Shown piece after piece: positions 6,792-13,305 of a stretch of DNA of 13,305 bases. This DNA comes from Candidatus Micrarchaeota archaeon (GTDB taxonomy: Archaea; B1Sed10-29; JAJRYS01). The DNA lies in assembly GCA_964496415.1 (NCBI GenBank), contig CAZBZN010000020.1, positions 1 through 13,305 on the forward strand. The letters are read 5' to 3'. How positions within the stretch are numbered: position 1 is the first letter of the stretch; the number at the start of each line of letters is the position of its first letter. A model generated the notes under the pieces. It saw only the letters and a list, made by a program, of their open reading frames with translations, was not told the origin of the DNA and searched no databases. The position numbers and the translations under genes were made by a program.

Positions 6792-7958
6792 ATGGTCTTG
6801 GTTGAGTATAATGAGTTCAAGTATCCTGAAATAGAACTTGTTGAAAGAAAGGGCCTTGGTCATCCTGACACCATATGTGACGGTTTGGGAGAAGCAATAA
6901 GCAGGGCTTTATGCAAAGAGTATTTGGAAAGGTATGGTATGATTTTTCATCACAATGTTGACAAGATTACTCTTGTTGCTGGAGAGTCTTCTCCTAAGTT
7001 TAACGGCGGAGAGGTTATAAAACCAATTTACATCTTGCTTGCTGGCAGGGCTACTCAGAGAATAGAAAAAGAAGTTTTTCCAGCACATGAAGTTGCTATA
7101 AAAGCAACAAAAGATTACCTTAACGAGAATTTCTTTAACCTTAATGTTGAAGAGCATGTTGATTTGGATTCAAGAATAGGCCAGGGGTCTAGTGATTTGA
7201 TTTCTGTTTTCAGGGAAAGAAAAGAAAAGCCTTTGGCTAATGACACTTCAATAGGCGTTGGTTATGCTCCTTTAACAGCATTAGAGCGTCTTGTTTTAAG
7301 CACTGAGAAAATGCTTACTGGAAGAGATTATCGCAAGAAGAAAAAGTTTTTAGGAGAGGACGTTAAGGTGATGGGTTTTAGGAAAGGAGAAGAGTATAGT
7401 TTGGTTGTTGCAGCTGCTTTTGTTGGAAAAAATTTGTCAGGGATTGAAGAATATATTGAAGCAAAAGAAAAACTAAAAGAGGAAGTAGAAGCTTTTGCAG
7501 CAAACCTTGTGGGAAAAGAAGTGAAAGTAGCTGTTAATACTGCTGATGATTATGATAAAGGAAGCGTTTATTTGACAGTGACTGGGCTTAGTGCTGAGAT
7601 GGGTGATGATGGGGCTATTGGCAGAGGCAACCGTTGTAATGGCTTGATTACTCCAATGAGGCCGATGAGTTTGGAGGCAGTTGCTGGCAAGAATCCTGTG
7701 AATCATGTTGGAAAAATTTATAACATAATAGCAAAGCTTGCTGCTGAACAAATAGCTAAAGAAACTAATGAGAAAGTAAACGTGTTCTTGCTTTCAGGAA
7801 TAGGCAAGCCCATAAACAAGCCGCTTGCAGCTAAGGTTGAAATCAGCAGTAATGATGAGAAAGTGAAAAACCAAGCCAAAGAAGTTCTTGAGTACTGGCT
7901 TGAGAACATTGAAAAAGCAACTGAAATGTTTTTAAGAGCTGAAGTTGAAACTTATTAA
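6792..7958 (+). CDS. mat: Archaeal-type S-adenosylmethionine synthetase
   Basis: Motifs [39 protein letters not shown]-x2-GRGNR and [13 protein letters not shown]. Start placed at ATG 6792 rather than GTG 6771 because TTTTATAA at 6763-6770 sits at promoter distance from 6792. Confidence 0.95.
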   Translation: MVLVEYNEFKYPEIELVERKGLGHPDTICDGLGEAISRALCKEYLERYGMIFHHNVDKITLVAGESSPKFNGGEVIKPIYILLAGRATQRIEKEVFPAHEVAIKATKDYLNENFFNLNVEEHVDLDSRIGQGSSDLISVFRERKEKPLANDTSIGVGYAPLTALERLVLSTEKMLTGRDYRKKKKFLGEDVKVMGFRKGEEYSLVVAAAFVGKNLSGIEEYIEAKEKLKEEVEAFAANLVGKEVKVAVNTADDYDKGSVYLTVTGLSAEMGDDGAIGRGNRCNGLITPMRPMSLEAVAGKNPVNHVGKIYNIIAKLAAEQIAKETNEKVNVFLLSGIGKPINKPLAAKVEISSNDEKVKNQAKEVLEYWLENIEKATEMFLRAEVETY

Positions 7959-8500
7959 TGGTTAAAATGAGAAAAAGGCTTACTAAGAAACAGGCTGAAA
8001 GACTTCTTAAAGTCTCCTTACGTGGGAGTTGCGCTGGAAGGCAGATTCCTGAAGAAGTTGTCAAGCTTTTTCTTGAAAAAAGAGACCCTTTAATTCTTAA
8101 GGAGTATATTCCAGTTGCTTCTAAAAAAATCGCTGAAAGAATAAATGTTTTTTCAAAAATAGGAGCAAGAGACCCTGTGCTGGCTTATTTTCTGACAGAG
8201 CATAACAAGAAAGCAGATGAAAGAATAAAGGCTGTAAGAAAGCTTATGGCTGTTCACCCTTCTAAAGAAGCAGGAGAGTCACTTTCAAAACTTAAGAAGC
8301 ATAAGGCTTATGTTGGGGTTGTAAAAGAAGTTAAAGGAAACAAAGCTGTGGTAGAACTTCCTAATGGTAAGACAATAACTGCAGAGTCCCCTGAAATAAG
8401 AGAAGGATTCGTTATCGTTCATAACGGGGTAGTAGTTGATTCTCTAACAAAAAGAGAGTACAAGAAATACTCTAAACTGTTGTTAAAGCAAGGATTATAA
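7958..8500 (+). CDS. Hypothetical protein with a C-terminal HypC/HupF-like OB-fold segment and a basic N-terminus
   Basis: Coupled to mat through TAATG. The C-terminal GVVKEVKGNKAVVE...REGFVIVHNGVVVDSLTKREY resembles the HypC pattern GKVVEI-x-G-x2-A-x-V...GD-x-VLVH-x-G-x-A-x3-L. Confidence 0.7.
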   Translation: MVKMRKRLTKKQAERLLKVSLRGSCAGRQIPEEVVKLFLEKRDPLILKEYIPVASKKIAERINVFSKIGARDPVLAYFLTEHNKKADERIKAVRKLMAVHPSKEAGESLSKLKKHKAYVGVVKEVKGNKAVVELPNGKTITAESPEIREGFVIVHNGVVVDSLTKREYKKYSKLLLKQGL

Positions 8501-8644
8501 AATGATGTTTTGGAAGATTTCTACTTCCTCGCCTGGTTTTACTTTTCTCACTGTAGCTACTTCTTTTTCAATTCCTTTTTCTGTTTTCACGATTACTCTT
8601 TTCCCTTCTATCCTTATAACAACTGCTTTTGTTGAAATGCACAT
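8495..8644 (-). CDS. Minimal HypC/HupF-like protein (49 aa), not in the ORF track
   Basis: Translated by hand: MCISTKAVVIRIEGKRVIVKTEKGIEKEVATVRKVKPGEEVEIFQNIIL*. It has the N-terminal MC of HypC, a VKPGEEV turn and an upstream purine-rich RBS (GGGGAAGTGA). Confidence 0.8.
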   Translation of the reverse strand: MCISTKAVVIRIEGKRVIVKTEKGIEKEVATVRKVKPGEEVEIFQNIIL

Positions 8645-8756
8645 GGTTTCACTTTCCCCTTTAGTTTATTTTAACATTATAGTTAACCAAACCTTTATAT
8701 TCAGCTGTCGTTTAATTAATTCAGGTCTTTTTTTAAATGATTATGGGAGTGGTTAG

Positions 8757-9137
8757 ATGACAGAAGAAGAGAAAAAAGTTACAGAACAAGAAGAAGTAAG
8801 TGAGGAAGAGCTTTCTTTAGTGTTTCCTACAGCAACGATTGTTAGGGAAATGAAAAAGTACATTGACCCTGGGAAAATGATTAAGAAGGAAGTAAAAATA
8901 GCAATGAACAAGTTCCTTGCAGAGATAGTTAAGGACGTGTCAGAGAAAATGAATGAATTTCCTTACGCCATGCTTGACTACAGGATGTTCAAGGAAGCAG
9001 TAAAGCCTTACGAGCAAGTCAAAGAACTGCATTTGGAGAAAGACAGAATCAAAAAGCACTTGGATGCTATAATCAGTGACTGCGAGTCGTTAAAGAGAGA
9101 CTTAGAAGCAAAGTTCGGTGAAAAAGAAAAAATCTAA
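8757..9137 (+). CDS. Histone-fold protein with an acidic N-terminal tail and a C-terminal coiled-coil helix
   Basis: LVFPTATIVREMKKYIDPGKMIKKEVKIAMNKFLAEIVKDVSEKM...LDYRMFKEAV fits the LP-x-A-x-I-x-R-x2-K...I-x2-EA histone-fold pattern (HMf/NF-YB/NC2 type). A heptad-like helix follows. Confidence 0.75.
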   Translation: MTEEEKKVTEQEEVSEEELSLVFPTATIVREMKKYIDPGKMIKKEVKIAMNKFLAEIVKDVSEKMNEFPYAMLDYRMFKEAVKPYEQVKELHLEKDRIKKHLDAIISDCESLKRDLEAKFGEKEKI

Positions 9138-9601
9138 GCAAATAAGGTTTTTTCTTCTTCTTTTTCTATTCTTCCAGTAGCAGCGTCTATGACGTAAGTT
9201 ATTAAAGTAAGCTTGTTTGTCACGAAGTTAACTTTCCATAATGGTTTCTCATCATCCTGAATTGTTATTATGACCTGTGTCATTTTCTTGTTTTTCTTTG
9301 AAAGTTCTTGGCTTGCCTTCTGAAGAGCCTGGTCAGAATCAATTTTTATGCTTTTTACTTCTAATGGTTTTTTAGTTGGCTTTATTGGAGTTGCTGATTC
9401 TTTAAACTTAACTTCTTCACCTTTAACAACTACTTGAATGACTTTGTTGGTTTTTTCATCGTAGTAAGTAAGAATCCATTCATTTGGTTTTAAAGAACCA
9501 GGCGGGATTACTGCAATCCCTGAGTTAAGGTAATGGTCTTGTTTTACTTTTTCAAGCTGCTGTTCCTTTTCAGCTTTTTCCACTGCTTCCTTGAACTTCA
9601 T
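9134..9601 (-). CDS. Hypothetical protein with a C-terminal PepSY-like segment
   Basis: IDSDQALQKA...PLWKVNFV...YVIDAATGRIEKEE is PepSY-like. Start placed at ATG 9601, 10 nt after the tfb stop, instead of the overlapping 9628. Confidence 0.7.
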   Translation of the reverse strand: MKFKEAVEKAEKEQQLEKVKQDHYLNSGIAVIPPGSLKPNEWILTYYDEKTNKVIQVVVKGEEVKFKESATPIKPTKKPLEVKSIKIDSDQALQKASQELSKKNKKMTQVIITIQDDEKPLWKVNFVTNKLTLITYVIDAATGRIEKEEEKTLFA

Positions 9602-9611
9602 TCTGAAAACC

Positions 9612-10517
9612 TTATCCAGGGATGTCAAGTTTGAGTTTTTCTTTTAACTCACGGTACCTGTTTCTTATAGTTACTTCTGTTACTCCTGCCACGTCAGCCA
9701 CTTCTTTCTGGGTTCTTCTTTCACCCATTATTACTCCTGCAATGTACACTGCAGCAGCTGCTACTCCAGTAGGCCCTCTTCCTGAGATTAGTCCTTTTTC
9801 CACTGCTTTTTCAAGGATTTCTCTTGCTTTCTCTTGAACTTTTCCAGACAAGCCAAGCTCAGAAGCAAACCTTGGCACGTAATGGACTGGGTTTGTTAAA
9901 GGCATTGATATTCCTAAGTCTTTTTTCAGGAACCTGTAAGTCCTTCCTATTTCTTTCTTGTTTATTCCTGAGACTTCTGAGATTTCATCAAGGGTTCTTG
10001 GGATGTTATACTGCCTGCATACAGTGTAAACAACTGCTGCTACTACTGATTCTATCAGTCTTCCTCTGATCAGTCCTTTTTCCACTGCTTTTCTGTACAA
10101 TAATGCTGCTGCTTCTCTGATGTTTGAAGGTAATGATAAAGAAGATGCTATCCTATCAAGTTCTGTTAGTGCTATTGCAAGGTTTCTTTCAATAGAGCTT
10201 GAAATACTGGCTCTCTTATGCCATTTTCTAAGCCTTTGCATTTGTGCTCTTGACTTTGCTGAAATTTTTACTCCCCGAATGTCTTTGTTGTATTGGTCTA
10301 TTTCAGTTGATAGTCCTTTGTTTGGTTTTGTGAACTTTATAGGTGCTCCTGTTCTTGCTCTTTTGTCTCTTTGGTCAGAGTCAAACGCCCTCCATTCTGG
10401 TCCCATGTCAACAAGGTCTTCTTCTATGACTAACCCGCACTTGTTGCAGACTATTTCTCCTCTAGCATAGTCTCTTTTAACGTCAGTTGAACCACATTCA
10501 GGGCATTTTATTTTCAA
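9612..10517 (-). CDS. tfb: Transcription initiation factor IIB (TFB)
   Basis: Zn ribbon CPECGS...CNKCG, B-reader GPEWRAF, two cyclin repeats (GRLIES, GRGPTG) and [27 protein letters not shown] start with GAGGTG 5 nt upstream. Confidence 0.98.
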   Translation of the reverse strand: MKIKCPECGSTDVKRDYARGEIVCNKCGLVIEEDLVDMGPEWRAFDSDQRDKRARTGAPIKFTKPNKGLSTEIDQYNKDIRGVKISAKSRAQMQRLRKWHKRASISSSIERNLAIALTELDRIASSLSLPSNIREAAALLYRKAVEKGLIRGRLIESVVAAVVYTVCRQYNIPRTLDEISEVSGINKKEIGRTYRFLKKDLGISMPLTNPVHYVPRFASELGLSGKVQEKAREILEKAVEKGLISGRGPTGVAAAAVYIAGVIMGERRTQKEVADVAGVTEVTIRNRYRELKEKLKLDIPG

Positions 10518-10526
10518 GCAAACACC

Positions 10527-10739
10527 TCAGCCGAACAATTCTTTTCCCATGTACTTGGTTGGGTCTCTCTTAGGGCTTACTAAAACATATGGTCCTACTG
10601 TTGGTCCAAAGTAATCTATTACATTTCCCACGAATTTGCCTTCTTCATCAAACACTTTTGCTCCTATTTTTACAAGTTGTTCTGTTTTCAGAACAAGCTT
10701 GTCATCTGAAATTGAAACCACTCTCCCAAGCCTTTTCAT
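10527..10739 (-). CDS. gar1: H/ACA RNP protein Gar1/Naf1
   Basis: MKRLGRVVSIS...IGAKVFDEEGKFVGNVIDYFGPTVGPYVLVSP. It lies directly upstream of tfb, a common archaeal arrangement. ATG 10739 is preceded by GGGTG. Confidence 0.9.
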   Translation of the reverse strand: MKRLGRVVSISDDKLVLKTEQLVKIGAKVFDEEGKFVGNVIDYFGPTVGPYVLVSPKRDPTKYMGKELFG

Positions 10740-10864
10740 AAAACAACACCCAAAAACCGTAAGCTTTAAATATTTCCTCACTAAGTGGTATTTAAAGGTT
10801 TCTATTTTTCTTGTTGTTTAATTTAAAGTCTTGTTTTTTAAATCAGTGATTAGTAACTTAAATC

Positions 10865-12127
10865 ATGCTTGTTTTGAAAAACGCTTTAACGCTTGACGGC
10901 AGGAAAGACATACTAATAGAAGGAGAAAAAATAACGAGGATAGTTGATGCTGGAGAGTTGAAAACTTCTGCTGATGAAGTGATTGACTGCGCTGGAAAAG
11001 CAGTAATACCAGGATTAGTCAATACTCACACGCATTTGCCTATGAGCTTGTTTAGGGGGCTGGCAGATGACCTTCCTTTAATGGAATGGCTTGAAAAGCA
11101 CATATGGCCTGCTGAAGACAAGCACTTAAGCAAAGAATTCTGTTATTATGGTGCTTTGCTTTCATGTATTGAAATGATAAAGACAGGAACTACTGTTTTT
11201 GTTGACATGTACACTTTTGAAAAAGAAATGAAGAAAGCAGTAGAAGAAAGTGGGATGAGAGCTTTCTTAACAGAAGCCATCCTTGACTTTAAGACAAAAG
11301 ACTACGAGGCAGGACAAGGAGTAAGCTTTACAGAGAAGCTGCTGAAAGAAGAAAAGAACACAAGCCTTGTTAAAATAGGGGTAGGCCCGCATTCTCCTTA
11401 CACTTGCTCAGAAGAAACACTCGTCAAGTCAAAAGAACTAGCAGAAAAGCATAATGCTTTGCTTCATATTCACTTGTCAGAGACGAAAAAAGAAGTAGAA
11501 CAAGTAAAAGAAAAAACAGGCAAGAGGCCTGCTGAGTACTTGGAAAGCATTGGCTTCTTTGACTATAATAAAATAATTGCTGCTCACTGCGTGTGGCTTG
11601 ATGAAAAAGAAATTAGCATTCTCGCAGAGCATGGAGTAACTGTTTCTCATAATCCAGTGAGTAATGCTAAGCTTGCTTCAGGAATAGCTCCAATCCCGTT
11701 AATGCTTTCAAAAGGAGTTAATGTTACCATAGGCACTGATGGCTGTGCTTCAAACAACACGCTTGACTTGTTCGAGTCAATGAAAATGACAGCTTTAATC
11801 CACAAAGCAAAAACACTTGACCCTACAACTGTAAACGCAAGACAAGTAATTAATATGGTTACTGAAAACGCTTACAAAGCATTAGGACTTAACATTGGTT
11901 TGAGAGAAGGAGCAGCAGCTGATTTGGTTATCATTGACTTGAAAAAACCACATCTCACGCCAATTTACTCTCTTGAATCACACTTGGTTTATGCTGCTAA
12001 AAGCAGTGACGTTGACACAGTCATAATAAATGGAAGCATAGTAATGAAAAACCGTAAAATCCTCACGATAAACGAGGAAAAAGTAATGGAAAAAGCAAAT
12101 GAGTTAGCAGAAGCAGTAGGAAAATAA
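10865..12127 (+). CDS. mtaD: 5'-methylthioadenosine/S-adenosylhomocysteine (or 5'-deoxyadenosine) deaminase, amidohydrolase family
   Basis: Motifs PGLVNTHTH, RGLADDLPLMEWL, PHSPYTCS, HIHLSET, AHCV, HNPVSNAKLASG and GTDGCASNN. TATA-like TTTAAAT at 10837-10843. Confidence 0.85.
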   Translation: MLVLKNALTLDGRKDILIEGEKITRIVDAGELKTSADEVIDCAGKAVIPGLVNTHTHLPMSLFRGLADDLPLMEWLEKHIWPAEDKHLSKEFCYYGALLSCIEMIKTGTTVFVDMYTFEKEMKKAVEESGMRAFLTEAILDFKTKDYEAGQGVSFTEKLLKEEKNTSLVKIGVGPHSPYTCSEETLVKSKELAEKHNALLHIHLSETKKEVEQVKEKTGKRPAEYLESIGFFDYNKIIAAHCVWLDEKEISILAEHGVTVSHNPVSNAKLASGIAPIPLMLSKGVNVTIGTDGCASNNTLDLFESMKMTALIHKAKTLDPTTVNARQVINMVTENAYKALGLNIGLREGAAADLVIIDLKKPHLTPIYSLESHLVYAAKSSDVDTVIINGSIVMKNRKILTINEEKVMEKANELAEAVGK

Positions 12128-12176
12128 TGCAATTGTTTTATATAATCAAATAATCTTAATTTTCTTTGTGATAAGC

Positions 12177-12389
12177 ATGAAAAAGTATTCTCTTACAGCA
12201 ATTATTACAAGAGAAGAAGACATGTATGTTGCTGAGAATCCTGAGACAGGAGTAGTGAGTCATGCTAAAACAATTGATGAGGCATTAGCTAACTTAAAGG
12301 AAGCTGTAGAGCTTTACTTGGAAGAATTTCCTTTGAAAAAGCCACGTAAGGCGTTTATAAATGAGGAAACATGCAAGGTATCTGCTTAA
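12177..12389 (+). CDS. HicB-family (UPF0150) antitoxin-like protein, short form
   Basis: YSLTAIITREEDMYVAENPETGVVSHAKTIDEALANLKEAVELYLE is the HicB partial RNase-H-fold pattern. It has its own TATA box (TTTATATA, 12137-12144). The start may instead be GTG 12168. Confidence 0.88.
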   Translation: MKKYSLTAIITREEDMYVAENPETGVVSHAKTIDEALANLKEAVELYLEEFPLKKPRKAFINEETCKVSA

Positions 12390-13185
12390 AAAGTATGGCA
12401 TTAAACCAAAGCAAAACTTAGATCAATATTTTTTTGTAGATGAAAAGACAATTAGAAGCATGATTGAACTTGCTGGTATAAAAAAACAAAGCAGGGTATT
12501 GGAAATAGGCTCTGGGCTTGGGTTCTTAACAAGACAGATAGCTGAAAAAGCAGGAGAAGTAATAGCTGTTGAAATAGATCAAAAGTTGGTTGAAATTTTA
12601 AAAAGAGAGTATAACTTTGGGAATGTTAAAATAATAAACAAAAATGCTCTTAAAATAAAAAAAATAGGAGAAAAATGCGACCTTTTGATATCAAGCCTTC
12701 CTTATTCAATATGTGAACCAATTTTCCATTTAATGTTTCACTCCCCTCCAAAGAAAGCAGTGTTAGTAGTTCCTAAAAGGTTTGCACTTAGGTTAGTTGG
12801 CAGAAATGACAGTTATTCTACTTTTTCTCTCTTAGCACGAGCATTCTTAAATACAAAAATAATAAAAGATGTCCCTCCCCAAAGTTTTTACCCACAGCCG
12901 AAAATCATCTCTTCTCTCATTGTTGTAGAGCCAAGAAAAATAAACAAAGAAAAAGACAGGAAAGCTTTCATTGTAAGAAGTCTTTACTTGCAAGAAGATA
13001 AAAAAGTGAAGAATGCGTTAAGAAAAATTATTCTTGACTTGGGTATTAAAAAAACGAGAAGGGAAGCTACTGAACTAATAAAATCTCTTAGAATACCCAA
13101 TCACTTATCAAACAAGAAAGTAGAGCACATAAGTTTAGAAGAATACCTTAAATTAGTTAGTGTAATAACAAAAGCGGGTAACTAG
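12361..13185 (+). CDS. KsgA/RsmA/Dim1-family rRNA adenine dimethylase homologue (divergent)
   Basis: KPKQNLDQYFF (cf. GQNFL), SAM-binding VLEIGSGLGFLT, AVEID, SSLPYSI (cf. NLPY) and SFYPQPKIISS (cf. F-x-P-x-PKV-x-S). Confidence 0.85.
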   Translation: MRKHARYLLKKYGIKPKQNLDQYFFVDEKTIRSMIELAGIKKQSRVLEIGSGLGFLTRQIAEKAGEVIAVEIDQKLVEILKREYNFGNVKIINKNALKIKKIGEKCDLLISSLPYSICEPIFHLMFHSPPKKAVLVVPKRFALRLVGRNDSYSTFSLLARAFLNTKIIKDVPPQSFYPQPKIISSLIVVEPRKINKEKDRKAFIVRSLYLQEDKKVKNALRKIILDLGIKKTRREATELIKSLRIPNHLSNKKVEHISLEEYLKLVSVITKAGN

Positions 13186-13265
13186 AGTAGTGGAAAACTT
13201 AAAAGCAAAAACGATAAAAAACTTCAGATTTCTAAAATAAGAGGGTGCTATTTAAGAAATTCAAA

Positions 13266-13305
13266 GCAGGGGTGCCGGAGCGGTCAAACGGGCAGGGCTT
13301 AGGAC
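13266..13305 (+). tRNA. tRNA-Leu (anticodon TAG), 5' half; truncated by the window edge
   Basis: GCAGGGGTGCCGGAGCGGTCAAACGGGCAGGGCTTAGGAC has a Leu-type D-arm and the anticodon arm CAGGG-CTTAGGA-C. Confidence 0.9.

Noticed and set aside
8502..8756. 84-aa + strand ORF from the track
   Set aside because: It is the F/S/T-rich antisense shadow of the HypC-like gene at 8495-8644 plus intergenic promoter DNA.
6771..10781. Longer track starts for mat (6771), the PepSY-like gene (9628) and gar1 (10781)
   Set aside because: These extensions overlap promoter elements or the upstream gene. The ATGs at 6792, 9601 and 10739 fit TATA/RBS spacing and family N-termini better.
252..10821. Other short track ORFs overlapping longer genes (e.g. 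252-551, 647-970, 1496-1750, 2697-3050, 4120-4320, 5209-5559, 5793-6167, 7473-7751, 9622-10470, 10636-10821)
   Set aside because: They are antisense or alternate-frame shadows of well-supported genes, with the S/F/L-rich composition expected from reverse-complemented K/E-rich coding DNA and no recognisable motifs.

Overview
Archaeal chromosomal window. Archaeal-type MAT, a gar1-tfb pair, TATA boxes and GAGGTG/GGGTG RBSs establish the domain; a DPANN-type lineage is inferred only from gene content. It runs from tRNA-Ala(CGC) on the - strand to a partial tRNA-Leu(TAG) on the + strand. Recognisable genes are argS, a HerA/DUF87-type ATPase with a long C-terminal extension, mat, a histone-fold/coiled-coil protein, tfb, gar1, an MTA/SAH deaminase, a solo HicB and a divergent KsgA/RsmA. 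The most unusual parts: (i) two adjacent orphan tandem-repeat proteins beside tRNA-Ala (4 x 58-59 aa HTH-like units; about 5.5 x 28 aa helical units with a hypervariable triplet), both with very basic N-termini; (ii) a 49-aa MC-starting HypC-like gene, absent from the ORF track, tail-to-tail with a second HypC-fold protein and with no hydrogenase genes in the window; (iii) three hairpins just downstream of tRNA-Ala; (iv) a KsgA homologue with NLPY changed to SLPY. All family calls come from motif recognition by eye; no searches were run.
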